A stretch of DNA of 64,000 nt from Candidatus Woesearchaeota archaeon (GTDB taxonomy: Archaea > Nanobdellota > Nanobdellia > Pacearchaeales > GW2011-AR1): contig CAYPLY010000001.1 in the NCBI GenBank assembly GCA_964412025.1, positions 134,922 through 198,921 of the forward strand. Direction: 5' to 3'. Made by a program: the position numbers and the translations under genes. Positions 18,801 through 26,179 of the stretch are shown here, piece by piece. Position 1 is the first letter of the stretch, and each line of letters starts with the position of its first letter. The notes under the pieces are model-generated. The model saw only the letters and a list, made by a program, of their open reading frames with translations. It was not told the DNA's origin and did not search any database.

Positions 18801-21800
18801 TAACTAATGGTTCATCTTTAGTTTACAATTGGACAAGTTTAGATTTAGGACAATATAACTGGTCTATAATAATCTGGAATGGAATAAAGAACTCTTCTAT
18901 TGAATATTCTTACTTTAATAATATTAATTTAACAATAAATTGTGAAGCAGGAGGAGATTATCTTGAAGATCCAACTGTTTTAATTCAAGGAAGAATAAAT
19001 GACAGTAGCGGGATAGTTTCATTAAGTTCACAAATAATTAATATTTCTATTTACAATGATTCCACAGAGGAAATAATCACTTCTTCAAATATAACCACAG
19101 AATCAAATGGTGTATTTAATAGTATATTTCCTGGATTGGAAATAGGAAATTACACTGTTTATACAAAAGTTAATTATCAAGGAATTGAAATAAATAGTTC
19201 AGACTCATTTAAAATTTCTCTTGGATATGAAGCAGGTTACAATGCAGGATTTATTGCTGGAAATGAATCAGGATATATTTCTGGATTTGATTATGGTAAT
19301 ATCACAGGATTTAATTTAGGAAATATCACAGGATTTATACTTGGAAACAATACTGGTTTCACATTAGGAAATACAACTGGATTTGTATACGGTAACCTCA
19401 CAGGATTTGTTTTAGGAAATTCAACTGGTTACATTTTAGGTAATGCAACTGGATTTACATTAGGAAATTATACCGGGTTTATATTAGGAAATCAAACAGG
19501 ATTTATAATAGGAAATATTTCAGGTTTCAATCTTGGTAATTCAACCGGTTTTACACTTGGAAATTATACTGGATTCATATTAGGAAACATTTCAGGATTC
19601 TACTTTGGAAACCAGACAGGTTATACTACAGGTTACAATGCAGGATTTATTGCTGGAAATGAATCAGGATATATTTCTGGATTTGATTATGGTAATATCA
19701 CAGGATTTAATTTAGGAAATATCACAGGATTTATACTTGGAAACAATACTGGTTTCACATTGGGCAACTCAACTGGTTATACCTTGGGATTTAACACAGG
19801 TAATATAACCGGATTTACTCTAGGTAATACTACCGGCTTTGTATACGGAAATAATACTGGTTATATTTTAGGATTTAATACAGGCAACTTAACAGGCTTC
19901 ACATTAGGAAACACAACTGGCTTCGTTCTTGGCAACTCTACAGGTTATGTTTTAGGAAATGCAACTGGCTTTGTATATGGTAACACAACAGGATTCATAT
20001 TAGGAAACACAACGGGATTTGTATATGGAAATATCACTGGATTTGCTTTGGGTAATTCAACAGGATTTACACTTGGAAATTTAACAGGTTATATTCTTGG
20101 AAATCAAACAGGTTATAACGCAGGATTTACAACAGGAAACACAACTGGATTTAATCTAGGAAATACTACAGGTTTCACATTGGGCAACTCAACTGGTTAT
20201 ACCTTGGGATTTAACACAGGTAATATAACCGGATTTACTCTAGGTAATACTACCGGCTTTGTATACGGAAATAATACTGGTTATATTTTAGGATTTAATA
20301 CAGGCAACTTAACAGGCTTCACATTAGGAAACACAACTGGCTTCGTTCTTGGCAACTCTACAGGTTATGTTTTAGGAAATGCAACTGGCTTTGTATATGG
20401 TAACACAACAGGATTCATATTAGGAAACACAACGGGATTTGTATATGGAAATATCACTGGATTTGCTTTGGGTAATTCAACAGGATTTACACTTGGAAAT
20501 TTAACAGGTTATATTCTTGGAAATCAAACAGGTTATAACGCAGGATTCAGCACAGGAAACACAACTGGATTTAATCTAGGAAATACTACAGGTTTCACAT
20601 ACGGAAATCTTTCAGGATTTGATCTAGGTAATGCCACGGGTTATACCTTGGGTTATAATGCTGGTGTTAATGTTAGCAATCGCACTTCAGCATCCCTAGT
20701 CTTGGATAAGATTGCAAGTTTGCAAAATATAACAAATGGAACTATTTCATATAATGTAACTTTAAGATTAACAAACAAAGGAGGAAGCAATTCAACAAAT
20801 GTTAACATAACAGATTTAGATTATGGTTCTAACTTTACAATTGGAAATTTAACAGCAGGAGAATCAATTACAAGAAGCTATCTTATTAATTTCACAAGAA
20901 ATATGACAACATATTCAAATGCAACATCAATTGCTCATGCATATGGTATTGATTCTTATTCATCTGGACAAATTTTGGCAAACTCTAGCTCAATGAATTT
21001 ACCTGTCCCATCAAATGAATCTGGGCAGCAATTAACTTTGATTAAGAATGTATTTTATATTAATCAAACATTCACAGATGTAAATTATACTGTTAGTTTT
21101 GAAGTTATTAATTCCGGAGGATCAGATTTAACAGGGATTACAATAATTGATGACGATTTGGGTATTTCTGATGTAATAAGCTTGAGTAAAACACAAAGTT
21201 ATACCTACTCGGGATCATTAATAATATCTAAGAATCAGGATAATAAAGAGCAAATATTTTCAATAGCAAGAGGAACTGTAAATGCTGTTATTTATTCTTC
21301 AAATCAAATAAAAGTTTTAATTCCAGGATATGGTGGAGGTCCAAATGATGTAAGCATTAATGCTCCTACATCTGTTTTTAATAACACCAATTTCAATGTG
21401 GATATAACTGTGAAGAATAAAAATAAAGACATAGGCCAGGACTTTGTTGTAACTTATTGGCTCTTGAGCAATGACGAGATTTCAATATATTCAACTGGAG
21501 CTCAAACTCTTTATGTTGGAGGAAATGATAATACCAATGCAACTACAATTGTATTCTTATCTCCTGCAATTAATGGAACATATAAAATAAGGGCAAATGT
21601 GAGCGGAACAGGAGTAAGTGTTCAAGCTACTGCTTTTTCAACAATTCTTGTTACGTATCCTTCAAATGAAACTGCAAATGAAACTCCAGTAAATCCTCCG
21701 CACGGAGGAGGTGGAGGTAGCAGAATAAGCTGTGTATATATCTGGGAGTGTGGTTCTTGGAGCCTATGTGCAGATGATGGAACTCAATCAAGAACATGTA

Positions 21801-22510
21801 CTAATACAGGAACCTGTACAGGAATAGAAGGAAAACCAGCAGAAAAAATGAATTGCTTAGAGGTTTCTTCTGATATTGTATTAAAATTAAGTCAATTAAA
21901 TTTAACTGAAAATCAAAGTTTAGAATTTAATATTGATTTGATTGAGAAGAAATCCTATGAAAACAAAGATATACAGATAACATATTCTATCTTTAATAAA
22001 ACAAATATAGAGGTATTCACTAAAACAGAGACTCGTTCACTTGAGACAAATATAAGTTATAAGGAGATTTTGGATGAATTAATGCTTACTCCAGGAGAAT
22101 ATACATTAAAAGTACATATATTCTATGGCAACTCTCAAAGTTCAGAAGAGGTACAATCATTTATTATAAAAGAAGAAGGTAAAAATAATATTGGAAGTAA
22201 ATTACTTCTTGAGTTAACACCCGAAACAAATTTTTTAACTTACTTGGCAATATTTGTAATCCTTATCTTATTAATATCGCTGTTTGTGATTATGAAAAAG
22301 AAGAGAGATGTTGATGAAGTTGACTTATTGATAAAAGAAGGAAAAAGGAATATTGACAATGAAAATTTTGATGAAGCATTAGATGTCTATCCTGTTCTTA
22401 AGAGCTTATATAAACACAAATATAAAGGGGACCCATCTGCTTATGAAAAGATTACTTCTTACTCTCAATTTATTTTAAAAAGTATTAAGGATAAATTAAA
22501 AAAAGACTAG
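15881..22510 (+). CDS. Giant (2,209 aa) membrane-anchored surface protein: signal peptide, parallel beta-helix (NosD/pectin-lyase-like) repeats, Ig-like segments, ~480-aa GxxxG repeat, TSP1-like Cys motif, C-terminal TM
   Basis: Repeats GIYL...N.I.NN.I; G[FY]xxGNxT repeats at residues ~1115-1595; CGSWSLC...QSRTC; hydrophobic LAIFVILILLISLFVIM followed by KKKR. Confidence 0.85.
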   Translation: MKMTSKKYFFALISIILITLLSYEVLAGTNVPDCGITINISGQYELNAGISGTATCLTINTSNIELDCKGNTISYGSDGVNGRIGISVALGTVYLENITIKNCIIQDTNPAGTTGYGIYALRTSNSYIINNTINTSGTATNHGIYLSTASQNNLLENNTINAYGSTTGNYGIYLIYQSNNNTIRNNEVKATGTTTSYALMLYSSEYNLIENNNFSSYTLLTTGNSDMNVVYLYYGSRYNILRNNYIYSDAEARNYHIYLNLNNNYNIIANNTIIPNDDEGTNPGIYILGSDYNLVENNTIRTNGTTANYGVWLGASSTGNMINKNNIITNGTTTNNYGIYLVSALYNNITENQISSNGLTTGNAGITLSSAQRNYLARNNISTSGTTTGYGIYLTGSDYDTVEDNDISTFGTSTANDGIYLISSTNNNIINNRITANSTSSGNIGIALYTSTGNSYVYNNTIKTDGTTTNYGILLQTANNNSIVNNQISTSGTTTTNHGIYLYISANANKIYYNNISTYGTTTNHGISLSTTSDGNEIVGNYIIANGSTTASATTTNNFGIAAATSCYNNLMENNTILNSGGRYNYGIYISVESGYSTIRGNNITTGGSGATNAGIYLSESRNNLLEENIISTSGSATDYGIYLYSNAKYNFVKKNNITTSGSTNSYGILLDAVIPNFPHNNSFQENNFISIAGTEFRFADAEIDENYLISQIIDSYLFTGIGSKMIVRNDSAGEIKFLDRLTGSGTGFSDDVYILENYAFIDSSIPGLNKSAEITIYNLPTTSNELQIYRNGIICSDCFNLTSMQAGNVTFNVTQGGGYSINSSSSSPLIELDFPENDYLTNQQNINFNFTARDDSVGDLNCSIYIDSILNQTNSTTQNNTLTNFAASGLTEGNHNWNIECFDSAGNRNISETINFTITISQSSSLFNYPENKSYFNNLDFILLNYTVLDLDLKIMTAWIYGDEILLNTTSGLTNGSSLVYNWTSLDLGQYNWSIIIWNGIKNSSIEYSYFNNINLTINCEAGGDYLEDPTVLIQGRINDSSGIVSLSSQIINISIYNDSTEEIITSSNITTESNGVFNSIFPGLEIGNYTVYTKVNYQGIEINSSDSFKISLGYEAGYNAGFIAGNESGYISGFDYGNITGFNLGNITGFILGNNTGFTLGNTTGFVYGNLTGFVLGNSTGYILGNATGFTLGNYTGFILGNQTGFIIGNISGFNLGNSTGFTLGNYTGFILGNISGFYFGNQTGYTTGYNAGFIAGNESGYISGFDYGNITGFNLGNITGFILGNNTGFTLGNSTGYTLGFNTGNITGFTLGNTTGFVYGNNTGYILGFNTGNLTGFTLGNTTGFVLGNSTGYVLGNATGFVYGNTTGFILGNTTGFVYGNITGFALGNSTGFTLGNLTGYILGNQTGYNAGFTTGNTTGFNLGNTTGFTLGNSTGYTLGFNTGNITGFTLGNTTGFVYGNNTGYILGFNTGNLTGFTLGNTTGFVLGNSTGYVLGNATGFVYGNTTGFILGNTTGFVYGNITGFALGNSTGFTLGNLTGYILGNQTGYNAGFSTGNTTGFNLGNTTGFTYGNLSGFDLGNATGYTLGYNAGVNVSNRTSASLVLDKIASLQNITNGTISYNVTLRLTNKGGSNSTNVNITDLDYGSNFTIGNLTAGESITRSYLINFTRNMTTYSNATSIAHAYGIDSYSSGQILANSSSMNLPVPSNESGQQLTLIKNVFYINQTFTDVNYTVSFEVINSGGSDLTGITIIDDDLGISDVISLSKTQSYTYSGSLIISKNQDNKEQIFSIARGTVNAVIYSSNQIKVLIPGYGGGPNDVSINAPTSVFNNTNFNVDITVKNKNKDIGQDFVVTYWLLSNDEISIYSTGAQTLYVGGNDNTNATTIVFLSPAINGTYKIRANVSGTGVSVQATAFSTILVTYPSNETANETPVNPPHGGGGGSRISCVYIWECGSWSLCADDGTQSRTCTNTGTCTGIEGKPAEKMNCLEVSSDIVLKLSQLNLTENQSLEFNIDLIEKKSYENKDIQITYSIFNKTNIEVFTKTETRSLETNISYKEILDELMLTPGEYTLKVHIFYGNSQSSEEVQSFIIKEEGKNNIGSKLLLELTPETNFLTYLAIFVILILLISLFVIMKKKRDVDEVDLLIKEGKRNIDNENFDEALDVYPVLKSLYKHKYKGDPSAYEKITSYSQFILKSIKDKLKKD
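19233..19761 (+). repeat. 133-bp identical direct repeat (19233-19365 and 19629-19761), offset 396 bp
   Basis: Read directly from the sequence. Confidence 0.85.
19751..20600 (+). repeat. 420-bp tandem duplication (unit 19751-20170, repeated from 20171)
   Basis: Lines 19801-20100 equal 20221-20520; only 3 mismatches seen near 20128/20548. Confidence 0.9.
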
Positions 22511-22619
22511 TTTTCATAGATAAATATCACTAAGTTAAACCTTAAGTTGGATTTACAATTGATAAAAAGAAACATTTAAATAGTAATATCATTTGATATT
22601 ATAGTAATTTCGTGTTAAA

Positions 22620-22931
22620 ATGGAAACTCAAATAGTAAAAAAGAATAAAAGTTACATTGAAACAAATGATATAGCTAGAAGCCCAACACTTCAAACAGTC
22701 CTTATGGTTGAAAAATTCATAAAGGATAATTCAGGAGAATACAAAAAAACAGATTTATTCAAAAATCTCCCAAAAAAAGTAATGTGGCAAACTTTTCAGG
22801 TTATAATGGAGTATTTAGAAGAGAATTTGAGGGTAGCTTATGATAATGAAGGATACATTGTTTATATCTGGAATCCAGAGTTTGTGGAGAGATTCAGAAA
22901 TAAACCAGAATTAGAATGGAATGCAAAGTAA
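22620..22931 (+). CDS. Putative antitoxin / winged-helix-like protein
   Basis: 103 aa (RSPTLQTVLMVE...KKVMWQTF); overlaps the downstream RelE-like gene; role inferred from context. Confidence 0.6.
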   Translation: METQIVKKNKSYIETNDIARSPTLQTVLMVEKFIKDNSGEYKKTDLFKNLPKKVMWQTFQVIMEYLEENLRVAYDNEGYIVYIWNPEFVERFRNKPELEWNAK

Positions 22932-23236
22932 ATTTTATTGATTTGGAATTGAAGAATGCCTTTGAATATTTAGAAAAATCAGATCCAAGACTCTTCAAAG
23001 ACGTAAATAAAGCAATACAAGAAATATGCCAAAATTCTTTTTGTGGAAGAAATGTAAAGAAAAAATTAATTCCTAAAGAGCTTGTTCAAAAGCATAAAAT
23101 AGACAATCTTTGGATTTATAACTTGAGGAAAGACTGGAGACTTTTATATTCTGTTGGTAGAGACGAAATTGAACTTATAGCAGTTATTCTTGATTGGATG
23201 GATCATAAAGATTATGAAAAATTATTCAAATTCTAA
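22916..23236 (+). CDS. RelE/ParE-like toxin
   Basis: 106 aa; basic GRNVKKKLIPK, LWIYNLRKDWRLLYS, ILDWMDHKDYE pattern. Confidence 0.68.
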   Translation: MECKVNFIDLELKNAFEYLEKSDPRLFKDVNKAIQEICQNSFCGRNVKKKLIPKELVQKHKIDNLWIYNLRKDWRLLYSVGRDEIELIAVILDWMDHKDYEKLFKF

Positions 23237-23366
23237 ATTTTAACCAATCTGTTACTAAGTTAAACCTTAGGTTGAATTTACGGCCGGGGCGTGAAACCCT
23301 TCGAATTCCACGTCACTACACTCAGAGACAAGTATCTTTAAATAGGGCGTCCGAGATTAATACAGA

Positions 23367-23975
23367 ATGGAAAAAATAGCAATTGATGTTGTATTATTGC
23401 CCTCTGAAAAAATGATGGATAAAGCGATAGAAATAAATAGAGAATTACTTAAAAAACATGATAAAAAGATTATCTTGGATAAACAAAAATGTTTACCTCA
23501 TATTTCTTTATGTATGGGATGCATAGATAATAAAGATATACCTGAAATAGAAAAAGTTCTAAAAGATATCTCTTCTAAATTTTCAAAAATGAGCCTAATT
23601 ATTGATAGATTGGAACCAGAAACAATTCCAACAGGAAAAATAGTTTCAGGAATGGCAATTAAGAATACAAAAGAGTTACAATTATTTCATGAGATGGTAA
23701 TGAAAAGATTATGGAATTTTTTGTCTTATGATGTAAAGATACCTATGTTATTTAATCCCCCTGAAGTGGAAGAAGTCACTCTTTACTGGATAAAAGATTA
23801 TGCCAATAAATACAATAATCCCTCTTCTTTTCATCCACATATAACTGCTGGATTTGGAGAAACAGATGAATTTCAATTTCCAATTCAGTTTACTGCTTCA
23901 AAATTAGCTGTGTGTCAGCTGGGTAATTATTGTACTTGCAGAAAAGTTTTATTTTCTCATAACCTTAAAGAATAA
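23367..23975 (+). CDS. 2H phosphoesterase (2'-5' RNA ligase superfamily)
   Basis: Two HxS/T motifs: PHISL and PHITA. Confidence 0.78.
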   Translation: MEKIAIDVVLLPSEKMMDKAIEINRELLKKHDKKIILDKQKCLPHISLCMGCIDNKDIPEIEKVLKDISSKFSKMSLIIDRLEPETIPTGKIVSGMAIKNTKELQLFHEMVMKRLWNFLSYDVKIPMLFNPPEVEEVTLYWIKDYANKYNNPSSFHPHITAGFGETDEFQFPIQFTASKLAVCQLGNYCTCRKVLFSHNLKE

Positions 23976-23999
23976 ACTTGGGTATATTTTGGAAGATGG

Positions 24000-24605
24000 T
24001 TACTTTCCAAGCTTCCTTTTTATCTCTTTTCCTAAATAGTATGCAGAACCGAAGAATATAACTCCTGGAAGGAATGCAATCCCGAGAGTAGGAATTAACA
24101 AGCTTGTTCCTATTGTACCCACTGCTCCCGCTCCTATTGTTTCAAGCATCTTAACTGCTCCAGAAACATTTTGTTCAACATTTCTTTGGAGAGCATCAAT
24201 CTGCATTATCATCTTCCCTTTTTTCAGTATTCTTACTTTCTTGTCTTCTTCAGAGACTATTACTACTAAATTATCTCCTGTTGCAGCACTTATTGCTGCA
24301 GAGTGTCTTGTTCCAAAGTTTTTGAATACTTTTGTGGATTTTATTCTCACCCCGTATGCAGAAACAAATCCCTTTTTGTTTATTATTACTGCACCGTCCA
24401 TTAATGCCAATGATTCTAATAGCTTTGGATTTTCTGTTGCTTTAAATGGAGGAACAGATTGATTTATTAAAGGGGTGTATTTAACTTCTCCGACTACAAA
24501 AAGTGCTCCTTCTCCTCTTTTTGCAATTCTCAATCCTACCTGTATTAGAGTTTCTTCAAGTTTTTTGAAATTTTTGTCTTTTTTAGGAGTATTTTTTTCT
24601 TTCAT
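24000..24605 (-). CDS. Diadenylate cyclase (DisA_N/DAC domain) protein with hydrophobic C-terminus
   Basis: LMDGAVII, GTRHSAA, IVSEED motifs. Confidence 0.85.
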   Translation of the reverse strand: MKEKNTPKKDKNFKKLEETLIQVGLRIAKRGEGALFVVGEVKYTPLINQSVPPFKATENPKLLESLALMDGAVIINKKGFVSAYGVRIKSTKVFKNFGTRHSAAISAATGDNLVVIVSEEDKKVRILKKGKMIMQIDALQRNVEQNVSGAVKMLETIGAGAVGTIGTSLLIPTLGIAFLPGVIFFGSAYYLGKEIKRKLGK

Positions 24606-24688
24606 AAACCGAAAGTAATTCTTTGAATATATAAATTTTTCTTATAGTTAGGTTTTAATAGTGTTTTTTATTGGATTTTCTGTATTGC

Positions 24689-24761
24689 AGCCCCGTAGTA
24701 CAGTGGTCAAGTATACAAGCCTCTGGAGTTTGTGACCCAGGTTCGAATCCTGGCGGGGCTA
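24689..24761 (+). tRNA. tRNA-Gln(CTG)
   Basis: AGCCCCG/CGGGGCT acceptor, CAAGC-CTCTGGA-GTTTG anticodon arm, CCAGG-TTCGAAT-CCTGG T arm; CCA not encoded. Confidence 0.95.
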
Positions 24762-24798
24762 TAGAAATATTTTTATACTAAATTAAATTTAATCCCCT

Positions 24799-25131
24799 AT
24801 GGTGAATGCAACTCTTATTTTGCTTTTGGTATTTGTTGTGACTATTTGGTTATTTATTGAGTTTAAACGATTCAGACATAAGATAGTTGCTGTTTTTCTT
24901 ATATTGCTTATAGTTTTTACATATTTTAGTTTTGTTTCTGTGATAAAAGGTAAAAACTTAGATTTGATGAGTATGGATGGAGCTAAGGAAGCCGGAAGGT
25001 TATATTTGGTATGGCTTGGGCATGCTTTTAAGAATGTTAAGGTTGTTACATCTAATGTTATTAGTATGGATTGGAGAGGTAATGAAACTCTATATGAACC
25101 TTCTGAAGATAAAAATCTAACTCAAGAGTAA
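24799..25131 (+). CDS. Small membrane protein
   Basis: Two N-terminal hydrophobic helices. Confidence 0.65.
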   Translation: MVNATLILLLVFVVTIWLFIEFKRFRHKIVAVFLILLIVFTYFSFVSVIKGKNLDLMSMDGAKEAGRLYLVWLGHAFKNVKVVTSNVISMDWRGNETLYEPSEDKNLTQE

Positions 25132-25198
25132 TATTCAATTTTTCTTTTTAAAAATGTTTTAGAGTAATATTTATAAATAGTGTTTTATTATAAGTAAT

Positions 25199-25516
25199 AT
25201 GGCTAAGAAAAAGAGGGTTGTGAAGCGTAAGCCGGTGGTTAAATCTAAGTCTGTTGGTAAGTCTAAATCTTCAGTTAAGCCTCAATCAAGGATTGAAAGA
25301 ATATTCTCAAGATATAAGCTTAGTTTAGTTGTTAAAAATTTGATTATATTTGTGTTATTGTTCCTTATTTCTTTAATATTGTATTCTGTTGTTATTTCTG
25401 AAGAAAGCGCTTTTTCTAGTTTATTTGGTTTTCTTTGGGTGGTTTTTGCCTTTGTTGCTTTGGCTTTCTTTATAGCTATGCTTGTTTTATTATTGCTTAA
25501 GTGGATGAGAAGATAA
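25199..25516 (+). CDS. Small membrane protein with Lys-rich N-terminus
   Basis: Basic N-terminus plus two TM helices. Confidence 0.65.
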   Translation: MAKKKRVVKRKPVVKSKSVGKSKSSVKPQSRIERIFSRYKLSLVVKNLIIFVLLFLISLILYSVVISEESAFSSLFGFLWVVFAFVALAFFIAMLVLLLLKWMRR

Positions 25517-25549
25517 TTTCCTGTCTTTTTCTTTTAAATATGTTTTTTA

Positions 25550-25622
25550 AGCCACAGCCGAGGATTGAACTCGGGACCTTTACCTTACCAAGGTAACGCT
25601 CTACCAACTGAGCTACTGCGGC
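25550..25622 (-). tRNA. tRNA-Thr(GGT)
   Basis: Reverse complement GCCGCAGTAGCTCAGTTGGTAGAGCG-TTACC-TTGGTAA-GGTAA...GTTCAATCC...TGTGGC. Confidence 0.95.
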
Positions 25623-25684
25623 AGCGCTTTTTATTTTAATTTCAATCCCAACAGATTTATAAAACCTTTTTATTAATAACAAAC

Positions 25685-26173
25685 ATGGCAAAAAATGATT
25701 CTAAGCTTGAGGAGCTGAAGGAAAGCTATAAAAAAATACAGAAGCAGCATAATCTTCCGGACTTTGATAAACTTAATTTGGATTTTTCTATAGAAAAAGT
25801 TGCAGATACTGAAACAGATTTTCTGATTAGAGAGATAGGTAAAGCAATGGCAGAGAAGTTTTCTAGTTATCTAAGACTTGTTGAGCTTATGCTTAATCCA
25901 GTTAATTCTCCAATGTTTGTTTTTTCTTTAATAAAAAATTTGGGAGAGGATGAAAAAAAGAAACTTTCTGAATTTTATAAAGAATTAACCAAAATTGAAT
26001 TAAATTTAATTGAGCTGGATATTGATTTTTCTGAAGAAAAACAGGCATATTTTATAAATAATTCTTATGCTTTGTGGATTTCCATGAAAAAAGACTTTTT
26101 GATTATCATGGATAAAATAAAAGAGAATTGGAATAATAAAAAGGAAAATGGAAGTAAGGGATATTTTGGATGA
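25685..26173 (+). CDS. Hypothetical helical protein
   Basis: 162-aa ORF with normal composition. Confidence 0.7.
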   Translation: MAKNDSKLEELKESYKKIQKQHNLPDFDKLNLDFSIEKVADTETDFLIREIGKAMAEKFSSYLRLVELMLNPVNSPMFVFSLIKNLGEDEKKKLSEFYKELTKIELNLIELDIDFSEEKQAYFINNSYALWISMKKDFLIIMDKIKENWNNKKENGSKGYFG

Positions 26174-26179
26174 TTTTGT

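Larger units (their letters stand above)
22529..23281 (+). repeat. 28-bp direct repeats flanking the TA module (22529-22556 and 23254-23281; 26/28 identical); 17-bp inverted relative at 15578-15594
   Basis: ACTAAGTTAAACCTTAAGTTGGATTTAC versus ACTAAGTTAAACCTTAGGTTGAATTTAC. Confidence 0.85.
15561..23292. mobile_element. tRNA-Glu-anchored genomic islet (no integrase inside)
   Basis: CGGCCGGGGCGT (tRNA 3' end) at 15561-15572 and again at 23281-23292; accessory cargo (giant surface protein, TA pair); related quasi-palindromic sites at both ends. Confidence 0.72.

Noticed and set aside
19223-20665. Ice-nucleation protein octapeptide repeats
   Set aside because: The consensus is G[FY]xxGNxT with strict 4-residue Gly spacing, not AGYGSTxT, and the duplications are multiples of 4, not 8 or 16.
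22513-22540. TTCATAGATAA-ATATCA-CTAAGTTAAAC as a true pdif (XerC/D) site
   Set aside because: The XerD-like arm recurs, but the other two copies lack a TAA-ending left arm at the right spacing; the conserved part extends on the other side, so it is reported as a different palindromic site.
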